Assembly: GCA_005882635.1 (NCBI GenBank)
Contig: VBFG01000042.1
Location: 6,578-70,577, forward strand
Origin: Chloroflexota bacterium
GTDB lineage: Bacteria > Chloroflexota > Limnocylindria > Limnocylindrales > CSP1-4
Direction: 5' to 3'
Length of the DNA stretch: 64,000 nucleotides
Shown one piece after another: positions 9,469 to 17,585 of this stretch; position 1 is the stretch's first letter, and each line of letters starts with the position of its first letter. A program made the translations under genes and the position numbers. The notes beneath the pieces are model-generated. The model was not told the origin of the DNA. It did not search any database and worked only from the letters and a program-made list of their open reading frames with translations.

Positions 9469-10616
9469 TGAGTGCGTACCGCGAGTTCTCCGGCAAGAGC
9501 GTCGAGGAGGCGCTCAAGGCCGCACGCGAGGAGTTCGGCGTCGAGCTGAACGACCTCGACTTCGAGATCCTGACCGCGGGGAGCCGCGGGGTCCTGGGCA
9601 TGGGCGCCGAGCCCGCCCGGATCGTCGCCGCGCCGCGATCCGCGCTGGGGGGCGCGGCCCCCAAGCGCGAGGCGGCCGCCAGCACACCGCTGCCGCCGCC
9701 TCCGCCTCGCGAGCCGCGGAGCTTCGGCGATCGCGACCGCGATCGGGAGCGGGGTCCGCGCCGCGATGATCGCGGCTTCCGCGGGGACCGTGACCGCGAT
9801 CGAGGCCCCGCTGGCGAGCGGGATCGCGACCGGGGCCCCGCTGGCGAGCGGGATCGCGACCGGGGCTTCGGTGACCGCGGCCCGCGTCGCGAGGAGCGCG
9901 GCTTCGGCGATCGACCGGCCGCGCCGGCGCGGCCGGCGGGGGGCCGCGAGGACCGTCCGCCGCGGCGCGATGATCGCGGCCCACGGCGCGAGGACCGTGA
10001 CCGCGGCCCGCGCCGCGACGACCGCGACCGGGCCCCACGGGACGCAGCCCACGGCACGTCCGACGTGAACGACACGGAGGCCGCCGAGGTCCAGGCGGCG
10101 CGCGGCTCACTCGCCGCCGAACGCGCGGATCTCGAGGCGGCCGAGGCCTCGCCGGAGGCGCTCGCCGCCGGCAAGGAGATCCTCGAGGAGCTCATGCGGC
10201 ACATCGGCTTCGCGGTCAGCGTCGAGGTCGCGACCGGCGACACGAGCCGGCTCAACGTGGTCGCCGATCCGGACGGCCGCGAGGCGCTGGGCTCGCTCAT
10301 CGGTCGCAAGGGCGAACGGCTGTCGGCCCTCCAGCACCTCGTCAACCTGATGCTGTCGCGACGCATGGGCGAATGGACGCGCGTCCTGGTCGACGTCGAG
10401 GACTACCGCGGCCGGCGCGAGCGCCAGCTGCGGGACCTCGCAAACCGGGCGGCCGCCCGTGTCGAAGAGACCGGCAAGATGATCCAGCTGGAGGCGATGC
10501 CCGCGCTCGAGCGACGGTGGATCCACCTCGCCCTCCGGGATCACCCGCAGGTAGCCACGCAGTCGATCGGCGAGGAGCCGAACCGGCGGATCGTGGTCCT
10601 GTTGCGAGGCGGTTGA
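9468..10616 (+). CDS. khpB: Jag/KhpB RNA-binding protein (Jag_N + KH + R3H) with a long Arg/Asp/Gly-rich linker
   Basis: Jag_N-like N-terminus (FSGKSVEEALKAAREEFGV), KH-like region (IGRKGERLSALQHLV), R3H-like C-terminus (ERRWIHLALRDH). The ATG overlaps the yidC stop by 1 nt. Confidence 0.85.
   Translation: MSAYREFSGKSVEEALKAAREEFGVELNDLDFEILTAGSRGVLGMGAEPARIVAAPRSALGGAAPKREAAASTPLPPPPPREPRSFGDRDRDRERGPRRDDRGFRGDRDRDRGPAGERDRDRGPAGERDRDRGFGDRGPRREERGFGDRPAAPARPAGGREDRPPRRDDRGPRREDRDRGPRRDDRDRAPRDAAHGTSDVNDTEAAEVQAARGSLAAERADLEAAEASPEALAAGKEILEELMRHIGFAVSVEVATGDTSRLNVVADPDGREALGSLIGRKGERLSALQHLVNLMLSRRMGEWTRVLVDVEDYRGRRERQLRDLANRAAARVEETGKMIQLEAMPALERRWIHLALRDHPQVATQSIGEEPNRRIVVLLRGG
9804..9863 (+). 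repeat. perfect 30-bp tandem duplication inside the khpB linker
   Basis: ggccccgctggcgagcgggatcgcgaccgg occurs twice back to back, encoding GPAGERDRDR x2. It sits within a ~110-aa RD/RG low-complexity tract. Confidence 0.9.
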
Positions 10617-10722
10617 TCCGTCCCATAGCCATCCCCGCGTAACGCCCGCCAGACTTCGAGCGTCACGATCCCGCTCACGCTGCTCCTGACCACCCCAGCC
10701 ACGACAGGATGACCCGCGCCCG

Positions 10723-12582
10723 ATGACCACCACCCTCGATCCCGCCGTCGCCGAGCCCGCCTCGGCCGAGACGACCGCCGAGATCGTCATCCGCTCGCAT
10801 CGCCTGCGGACGCGGTTCCTGCTGGCCTTCCTCCTCGGGCTCCTCGCGGTGCTGGCCGTGGGCGCCGGCGCGATGTACGCCTACGACCAGCAATACGCCG
10901 GTCGAATCCTGCCGGGCGTGCACGTCGGGGACATGGACCTGTCCGGCCTGACCGCGGACGAGGCCGCGGCGCGACTCCACCGCGAATACGATCGGCTCGC
11001 AGACGGCACGATCATCTTCGTCGCCGGCGACAAGCAGCTCGCGCTGGCGTTCAGCCGGATCGATCGGTCGGCGGACGTCGACGGGATGGTCGCCCAGGCC
11101 ATGGGTGTCGGCCGGGCCGGGAATGGCCTCGAGCGAGCCATCGCGAACGCGCGGACGTACCTACGCGGCGTGACGGTCGACCCGACCGTCACCTACGACC
11201 CCGACAAGCTGGCCCGCTGGGTGAAGACGCTCGCCTCGCTACAGCTCGTCTGGCCGGCGGACGCGACCATCGATTGGACGAAGGCCGGCTACCAGATCAC
11301 CGAGGCCGTGCCCGGCCGGCAGGCCGACCCGACGTTGGCGATCGCGAGCCTGTCGGCGCAGCTCGGGCAGCTGGACGCGCCCAACGCGATCACGGTCGAC
11401 CTGCCGGTGACGACGATCCAGCCGGCCATCACCACGGACGAAGCCCGGGCGGCCGTCGACGCCGCGAACCGAATCGCCGCGGACGTCCGGATCGTGGACG
11501 GGAAGCACACCTGGACGATCGCCGGCACGAGCCTCGCGCCGCTGATCTCGTTCTCGACCGCGGCCGATGGGAGCATCACCCCGGTCTTTGACGAGTCGGG
11601 CCTCGACCCGATCCTCAAGACGCTGGCCCAGAATGTCAACCGGAAGGCGCAGGACGCGGGCCTCAAGCTGGTCAGCGGACACGTCGTCGTCACCGGCACC
11701 AGCCGCGAGGGCCGAACGCTCAACGCTGCCGGCATGAAGGCCGCGATCATCAACGAGATCGGGGCCCGCCAGGCGGGCGCGGCGGCATCGCCGGTCGCGG
11801 CGGTCGTCAAGGCCGTCGACCCGAAGCTGAACACGACGGCCGCCAAGGCGTTCGCCCCCAAGATGCGGCCCATCAGCTCGTTCAGCGTCTACTACTTCGT
11901 CATCATCAACAACCACTGGGGCGGGAACATCGAGGCGCCGGCCACGAAGATCAACGGCACGGTCGTGCCGCCAGGCGGAGTCTTCGACTTCTGGAAGGTC
12001 GTCGGCGATCTGCGGAAGCTCCCGGGCGAGGGCCCGGGCAACGCGATCGAGGGCGGGAAGATCACCGTCACCGGCGCGTTCGGCGGCGGCATCTGCACCA
12101 CCTCCACGACGCTGTTCAATGCGGCGTTCCGGGCAGGCATGGTGCCGATGGCCCGACAGAACCACAACGAGTTCATCAACCGATATCCGCCGGGCCTCGA
12201 TGCCACCGTGTGGATCGTCGGCACAGTCAAGCAGACCATGAGCTTCAAGAACGACACCGAGTACCCGATCCTGATCCAGCGGATCATCACCGACGCCGGC
12301 AGCAGGCGATGGATCACGTTCAAGATCTGGAGCGTTCCGAACGGCCGGACCTACAAGATCAGCAACCTGGTCATCCGGCCCGGCCCGCGCGCGATCGACA
12401 CGGTCGTGAGGGATCCGACCAAGCCTGTTGGGTATTCGTACCGCAACAACTTCCCGGCGGACGGCGCCAAGGTTTGGGTCACCGTGACGATCTACGACCA
12501 CGGCAAGCTCCACTGGACGAAGCGGTACTACTCGAACTACCCAGCGGTCAACGGCGTCCTCGTGAAGGGGACCAAGACCTGA
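10723..12582 (+). CDS. VanW-family protein with N-terminal membrane anchor
   Basis: 619 aa. TM helix (FLLAFLLGLLAVLAVGAGAMYAY) and VanW-like C-terminal core (GGVFDFWKVVG, GGGICTTSTTLFNAAFRAGM, RYPPGLDATVW). Confidence 0.8.
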   Translation: MTTTLDPAVAEPASAETTAEIVIRSHRLRTRFLLAFLLGLLAVLAVGAGAMYAYDQQYAGRILPGVHVGDMDLSGLTADEAAARLHREYDRLADGTIIFVAGDKQLALAFSRIDRSADVDGMVAQAMGVGRAGNGLERAIANARTYLRGVTVDPTVTYDPDKLARWVKTLASLQLVWPADATIDWTKAGYQITEAVPGRQADPTLAIASLSAQLGQLDAPNAITVDLPVTTIQPAITTDEARAAVDAANRIAADVRIVDGKHTWTIAGTSLAPLISFSTAADGSITPVFDESGLDPILKTLAQNVNRKAQDAGLKLVSGHVVVTGTSREGRTLNAAGMKAAIINEIGARQAGAAASPVAAVVKAVDPKLNTTAAKAFAPKMRPISSFSVYYFVIINNHWGGNIEAPATKINGTVVPPGGVFDFWKVVGDLRKLPGEGPGNAIEGGKITVTGAFGGGICTTSTTLFNAAFRAGMVPMARQNHNEFINRYPPGLDATVWIVGTVKQTMSFKNDTEYPILIQRIITDAGSRRWITFKIWSVPNGRTYKISNLVIRPGPRAIDTVVRDPTKPVGYSYRNNFPADGAKVWVTVTIYDHGKLHWTKRYYSNYPAVNGVLVKGTKT

Positions 12583-12810
12583 CGCCGGCCTAGTCTCGCG
12601 AGGAGCAGACATCTTGGCGACCTCGCTGCCGGCCGGCGTCCGGCAGCGCGTCGCAGTCCCGACCGACGGGATGGACGTATGGCGGACCGCGACCGTCTAC
12701 CAAGCACGGCAAGGTCCTGCACCGGCACACGTATGACTCGCACGACTCTGGGATCACCGGCGTGTTGCTGATCGAGAAGGCGGCAGCGGCCGCGAATTGA
12801 TCGCGGAGGT

Positions 12811-13257
12811 TCAGACCAGCCGCGTGTCCTCGGAGCCGGCGGAGATCTCGGCGTCCGTCACAGCGACGCCGCACGTTGGGCAGAACCAGCGAGCCTCGAC
12901 GGGCGTCCCACAGCGCTCGTGGCGGAGCGGCTCGCCGCCCGTCCGGCGGTTTCCCCAGTCGGCCAGCAGCCGGAGGGCCGACGCCAGGTCGCGGCCGTCG
13001 CCCGTGAGCCTGTACTCCATCCGCGGCGGCCGGGTGCTGTAGGGGGCCGAGACGAGGATCCGCTCCCGCTCGAGCCGGCGGAGGCGGTCGGTGAGGATGT
13101 TCGCCGCGATCGCCGGGAGCGCCTCGCGCAGCTCGCCGAACCGGCGCGGCCCATCGAGAAGGGCGTCGACGATCAGCAGCGACCACCGGTCACCGACCCG
13201 GTCGAGGGCGGCCTCGAGGGCGGTCGGTCCGGCGTAGGACGTCGCGGTCTCGCTCAT
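12811..13257 (-). CDS. HxlR-family winged-helix transcriptional regulator
   Basis: Track ORF trimmed to ATG 13257 (MSETATS). Contains DRWSLLIVDALLDGPRRFGELREALPAIAANILTDRLRRLERERIL...MEYRLT. A C-terminal CxxC-containing tail is present. Divergent from the protease pair. Confidence 0.85.
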   Translation of the reverse strand: MSETATSYAGPTALEAALDRVGDRWSLLIVDALLDGPRRFGELREALPAIAANILTDRLRRLERERILVSAPYSTRPPRMEYRLTGDGRDLASALRLLADWGNRRTGGEPLRHERCGTPVEARWFCPTCGVAVTDAEISAGSEDTRLV

Positions 13258-13357
13258 CAGTCCGATCCTACTCGATCCCTCTTGCACGTCCCGTTGGTCA
13301 GTAGTATGTTGCGAGTTGCAACTGACAACCAACCGACTCCGGAGGTCACCCACTCAC

Positions 13358-14254
13358 ATGTCCGCCCTCGAAGATCTCTCCAGCGCGATCCGCGCCGTCA
13401 GCGACACCGCCGGCTCCGCCGTCGTCGGGATCGGTCGCGGGATCCGCGGCAGCGGCGTGGTCATCGCCGACGGCCGCGTCCTCACCAACGCCCACAACCT
13501 CCGCGGCGACGAGGTCACCGTCACCTTCCGCGACGGCCGTTCGACGGTCGGCAAGGTCCGCGGCGTCGACCCCGACGGGGACCTGGCGGTCGTCGAGGTC
13601 GACACCAGCGGCGCGAAGGCACTCGCCTGGTCGGAGGCCGAGACCGGGCTCGGCGACGTCGTCTTCGGCCTGGCGGCGACCGGCGCCGGCCCGGCCCGGG
13701 TCACGGCCGGCTACGTCTCGGCCGTCGAACGGACGTTCCGTGGTCCCGGCGGCTCGCGGATCGGCGGCAGCGTTGAGCACACCGCGCCGCTCGCTCCGGG
13801 CTCATCCGGCGGTCCGCTGGTCGACGCGTCGGGAAAGCTCGTCGCGATCAACACCAACCGGGTGGGTGAGGGGTTCTACCTCGCCCGGCCCGCCGACGAG
13901 GCACTGCACGAGCGCGTCGACGCTCTCGGACGGGGCGAATCGGTCACTCGGCCGCGGCTCGGGATCGCGATCGCGCCACCGCACGTCGCCCGCCGCCTCC
14001 GTGCATCGGTCGGTCTGAGCGAGCGTGCGGGCCTGCTGGTCCGTGGCGTCGAGGACGGCAGTCCCGCCGCACGAGCCGGGATCCGCGAGGGTGACCTGCT
14101 CGTCGAGGCGGCCGGCAAGGCGCTCGACACGCCAGACGCCCTGCCCGAGATCCTCGCCGAGAGCGGCCTGCCGATCGAGCTCAAGATCGTCCGCGGCGAC
14201 GAGGAGCGCTCTGTGAGCGTCGGCGGCACGACCGACGCATCCGGCGAAGCCTGA
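13358..14254 (+). CDS. HtrA/DegP-like trypsin-fold serine protease with PDZ domain, no signal peptide or TM
   Basis: ATG 13358 is preceded by GGAGG 12 nt upstream. Triad contexts are TNAHNL, DGDLAVVEV and GSSGGPLV, with a PDZ-like C-terminus (GLLVRGVEDGSPAARAGIREGDLL). Confidence 0.85.
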   Translation: MSALEDLSSAIRAVSDTAGSAVVGIGRGIRGSGVVIADGRVLTNAHNLRGDEVTVTFRDGRSTVGKVRGVDPDGDLAVVEVDTSGAKALAWSEAETGLGDVVFGLAATGAGPARVTAGYVSAVERTFRGPGGSRIGGSVEHTAPLAPGSSGGPLVDASGKLVAINTNRVGEGFYLARPADEALHERVDALGRGESVTRPRLGIAIAPPHVARRLRASVGLSERAGLLVRGVEDGSPAARAGIREGDLLVEAAGKALDTPDALPEILAESGLPIELKIVRGDEERSVSVGGTTDASGEA

Positions 14255-14257
14255 TCG

Positions 14258-15253
14258 ATGGTTGCACTCCATGCCGTTCCGCCGGCGGAACCGGCGGATG
14301 AGGTCGAGGTCCTGGGCGTCGAGGAGGACGCGCTCGACGCCTACTCCACGGCCGTCAGCACCGCCGCCGCCCGGCTGATTCCCTCAGTCGCAAGCCTGCG
14401 CGTCGAGCGCCGGGCCGGCGGCTGGGGCGGCGGCGCCGGCTCCGGCGTCGCGTTCACGCCGGACGGCTACCTGGTCACGAACGCCCACGTCGTCGCCGGC
14501 GCGGAGCGGGGAACCGCCGCGTTCGTCGACGGCGACGAGCACAGCTTCGAGGTCGTCGGGCGGGATCCCCTGTCCGACCTGGCCGTCGTCCGGGCGGCGA
14601 GCAGCGACCTGATCCCGGCGCCGTTCGGCGACGCGGCCCGGCTTCGGGTCGGCCAGCTCGTGGTCGCCGTCGGCAACCCGCTCGGATTCGCGGGCAGCGT
14701 CACCGCCGGCGTCGTGTCGGCCCTTGGGCGGTCCCTGGCGGCACGCGACGGGGGGGCGAGCCGTCTCGTCGAGAACGTCATCCAGACCGACGCGGCGCTC
14801 AATCCCGGGAATTCGGGCGGCGCCCTCGCCGACGTCCAGGGCCGCGTCGTCGGGATCAACACCGCGGTCGCCGGGGTCGGGTTGGGCCTCGCCGTCCCGA
14901 TCGACGCCGGCACGCGCTTAATCCTCGCCGCGCTGATGCGCGACGGCCGGGTCCGCCGGTCGTACCTCGGGATCGTCGGTGGCACTCGACGCCTTCCCGC
15001 GCCGCTCGCCGAGCGCCTCGGGCGACCAACCGGCCTCGAGGTGGTCCAGCTCCTCGACGGCAGCCCGGCGGCAGCCGCCGGCCTCCGCGCGGGCGACGTG
15101 ATCGTCTCGCTCGACGGTCGCCCGGTCGCCGGCGTCGGCGACCTCCAGCGGTCGCTGGTCGGCGATCTCGTCGGCCGTCGGATCGACGTGACGCTCGAGC
15201 GCGACGGAACGCTGGCCGAGATCTCCTTGACGCCGGCCGAGCTCCGCGTCTAG
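14258..15253 (+). CDS. second HtrA/DegP-like serine protease with PDZ domain, no signal peptide or TM
   Basis: Starts 3 nt after the previous stop. Triad contexts are TNAHVV, SDLAVV and GNSGGAL, with a PDZ-like C-terminus (LEVVQLLDGSPAAAAGLRAGDVIV). Confidence 0.85.
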   Translation: MVALHAVPPAEPADEVEVLGVEEDALDAYSTAVSTAAARLIPSVASLRVERRAGGWGGGAGSGVAFTPDGYLVTNAHVVAGAERGTAAFVDGDEHSFEVVGRDPLSDLAVVRAASSDLIPAPFGDAARLRVGQLVVAVGNPLGFAGSVTAGVVSALGRSLAARDGGASRLVENVIQTDAALNPGNSGGALADVQGRVVGINTAVAGVGLGLAVPIDAGTRLILAALMRDGRVRRSYLGIVGGTRRLPAPLAERLGRPTGLEVVQLLDGSPAAAAGLRAGDVIVSLDGRPVAGVGDLQRSLVGDLVGRRIDVTLERDGTLAEISLTPAELRV

Positions 15254-15330
15254 GCACTCGCCTGCCGAACCTCGCGATTCGTGAGATCGTTGCGTCCGCA
15301 ACGGACTGATCCGAACGGGAGACGCATCGC

Positions 15331-15759
15331 ATGACCGCCTGGGACCCCGACGCCTGGACCCGGAACATGATCGCCGACCTCCGCGCGAACGGCGGCACAC
15401 CGTCGTCCGGGCCGCTCGCCGGTCGCCCGCTCGCGATCATGACCTCGAGCGGCGCGAAGACCGGCCAGGATCGGACGGCCATCGTCACCTACCACCGTGA
15501 CGGTGATTCATTCGTCATCGCGGCCACGAAAGGGGGCGCGGACGAGCATCCGGCCTGGTACCACAATCTCATCGCGCATCCCCGGGCGACGTTCGAGGCC
15601 GCCGAAGAGACGTTCCCGGTCGTCGCCCGCGAGACGACCGGCGAGGAGCGCCAGCGGCTGTACGACGAGCATGCCCGGCTCTACCCGGAGTTCGCGGCGT
15701 ACCCGAGCAAGACGAGCCGTGTCATTCCAGTGTTCGTGCTAACCCGGGTCGACGCGTGA
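15331..15759 (+). CDS. deazaflavin (F420H2)-dependent nitroreductase/quinone reductase family protein (Ddn-like)
   Basis: 142 aa with the family pattern SGAKTGQDRTAIVTYHRDGDSFVIAATKGGADEHPAWYHNLIAHP. Confidence 0.8.
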   Translation: MTAWDPDAWTRNMIADLRANGGTPSSGPLAGRPLAIMTSSGAKTGQDRTAIVTYHRDGDSFVIAATKGGADEHPAWYHNLIAHPRATFEAAEETFPVVARETTGEERQRLYDEHARLYPEFAAYPSKTSRVIPVFVLTRVDA

Positions 15760-15826
15760 GCGACATCGCTCCCCCGGCGTCCCGATCGTGGTCAGGCATC
15801 ACCCTCGTCGCCCGTAGAATCGACCC

Positions 15827-16849
15827 CTGAAGAAGATCGGCTTCCTCTCGTTCGGGCACTGGTCGGCCTCGCCGTACTCGCAGGTAAGGTCCGGATCGGA
15901 CGCGCTCATCCAGTCGATCGAGCTCGCGGAGGCGGTCGAGGACCTGGGCGCGGACGGGGCCTACTTCCGCGTCCACCACTTCGCCCAGCAGCTCGCCTCG
16001 CCCTTCTCGCTCCTGGCGGCGATCGGCGCTCGGACCAAGCGCATCGAGATCGGGACGGCCGTCATCGACATGCGATACGAGAACCCGCTGTACATGGTCG
16101 AGGACGCCGGCGCCGCCGACCTGATCGCCGGCGGTCGCCTCCAGCTGGGGATCAGCCGCGGTTCGCCCGAGCAGGTCATCGATGGCTTCCGCTACTTCGG
16201 CTACCAGCCGGCCGAGGGCCAGACCGACGCCGACATGGCGCGCCAGCACGCCGAGGTCTTCCTCCAGGCGCTGTCCGGCGCTGGGTTCGCCCAGCCCAAC
16301 CCGTCGCCGATGTTCCCGAACCCGCCGGGCCTGCTCCGCCCCGAGCCGCATTCGCCTGGGCTCCGGGACCGGATCTGGTGGGGCGCCGGGTCACGACCGA
16401 CGGCCGAGTGGGCGGCGACGCAGGGCATGAACATGCAATCGTCGACGTTGATGACCGAGGACGCCGGCGTGCCGTTCCACGAGCTCCAGACGGAGCAGAT
16501 CCGGCTGTTCCGTGAGGCCTGGACTGCGGCCGGGCACGAGCGCGAGCCACGCGTGTCGGTCAGCCGCAGCATCTTCGCCCTTGTGGACGATCGGGACCGG
16601 GCCTACTTCGGACGCGGAAATCAGGACGCGGATCAGGTCGGCTACATCGACGCGCAGACGAAGGCGATCTTCGGCCGCTCGTACGCCGCCGAGCCGGACG
16701 TCCTCGTGAAGGAACTCGCCAAGGACACCGCGATCCAGGCCGCAGATACGTTGCTGCTGACCGTCCCGAATCAGCTCGGCGTCGAGTACAACGCCCACGC
16801 GATCGAGAGCATCCTGAAGTACGTGGCCCCGGAGCTGGGCTGGCGCTGA
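15827..16849 (+). CDS. luciferase-like (LLM) flavin/F420-dependent oxidoreductase, apparent CTG start
   Basis: Track ORF 16070..16849 covers only the C-terminal 259 aa. The same frame is open back to a TAG at 15815. It encodes a typical LLM N-terminus (L)KKIGFLSFGHWS...YFRVHHF...IEIGTAVIDMRYENPLYMVEDAG. There is no in-frame ATG/GTG/TTG between 15818 and 16069, and CTG 15827 is the best candidate start. Confidence 0.7.
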   Translation: MKKIGFLSFGHWSASPYSQVRSGSDALIQSIELAEAVEDLGADGAYFRVHHFAQQLASPFSLLAAIGARTKRIEIGTAVIDMRYENPLYMVEDAGAADLIAGGRLQLGISRGSPEQVIDGFRYFGYQPAEGQTDADMARQHAEVFLQALSGAGFAQPNPSPMFPNPPGLLRPEPHSPGLRDRIWWGAGSRPTAEWAATQGMNMQSSTLMTEDAGVPFHELQTEQIRLFREAWTAAGHEREPRVSVSRSIFALVDDRDRAYFGRGNQDADQVGYIDAQTKAIFGRSYAAEPDVLVKELAKDTAIQAADTLLLTVPNQLGVEYNAHAIESILKYVAPELGWR

Positions 16850-16912
16850 AACACGCTGCGGGTCCACGGGCGTCGAGATCCTGGGGCCATCGCAGCGGTC
16901 CGTTCGAAGGTG

Positions 16913-17289
16913 TGGTGGAGATGGGGGAGAGTCGAACTCCCCGTCCAGAACCCTTCGCCGGAGACCACTACGAGCGTGTCCGATGGTTTGTCGTCGACCG
17001 CCCGGACGGGCATCGGCACCCTGCCGGTCGGTCCAGTCACGTGCCCCTAGATCGGGCTTGTCTCCGGGCTACGCGACGCTTGCCCGGATCGCAGCCCCGC
17101 TGAATGACGCTTCCACCACCCGCGGGACCGAGGTGGCTTCCACGCTCACACTAGCTGCTTACGCAGCGAGGGCGAGAGCAGACTGGCGGTTGCCAGGTAC
17201 TTCGTTTTGCTGCCTGATTAACGAGGCCTGAGCAGCATCCTCGGCTCGCGTTCCCCGGTAGCCAGGCCCTGTCGAATCCACACATCCCC
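16913..17289 (-). ncRNA. ssrA: tmRNA (transfer-messenger RNA)
   Basis: The minus strand starts GGGGATGTGTGGATTCGACAGGG and ends GGACGGGGAGTTCGACTCTCCCCATCTCCACCA (acceptor/T-arm plus CCA). The internal tag frame ends ...GNRQSALALAA followed by TAA at 17161-17159. smpB lies 4.4 kb away. Confidence 0.95.
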
Positions 17290-17318
17290 ACAGGACCGAA
17301 CTTCCGTTCGGATCGGGG

Positions 17319-17347
17319 ATTGTAGCCGACGCGTCCCGAGGCGCCAA
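17319..17347 (-). promoter_or_regulatory. putative ssrA promoter (-35 TTGGCG, 17-nt spacer, -10 TACAAT)
   Basis: Read on the minus strand, the -10 lies about 30 nt upstream of the mature tmRNA 5' end. Prediction from sequence only. Confidence 0.35.
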
Positions 17348-17585
17348 GCGCGCCCCGAACGATCAGCCGCGGCCGGTCCCCCGATCGGGCCATCCGCCGG
17401 GACCTCGTCGGTTGATATCGTTCTCGGTGGCCGAACCTCCTCTCGAGGACGGGGGACCCGATCCCTGGGGCGAACCGCGAACCGACCGCGGCGGCGAACC
17501 CACGCCGAGCCCGACAGCTCACCTCGCAGGCCCAGCGGGCGCTTCGAGGTACGCGTTGATCCGGCCGTAACTCCCCTCGACCGCG

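Noticed and set aside
12600-12810. Lower-GC 228-bp spacer after the VanW gene. It holds a possible 40-codon ORF (TTG 12614 after GAGGAG; LATSLPAGVRQRVAVPTDGMDVWRTATVYQARQGPAPAHV) and track ORFs 12537..12743 and 12590..13186.
   Set aside because: The GC3 bias decays halfway through and no family was recognised. It may be a gene remnant. The evidence is too weak to call a CDS or pseudogene.
16850-16912. Possible bidirectional terminator between the LLM gene and the tmRNA 3' end (CGCTGCG...CGCAGCG).
   Set aside because: It is only a 7-bp stem with a ~30-nt loop and no U-tract on either strand, which is not convincing enough to annotate.
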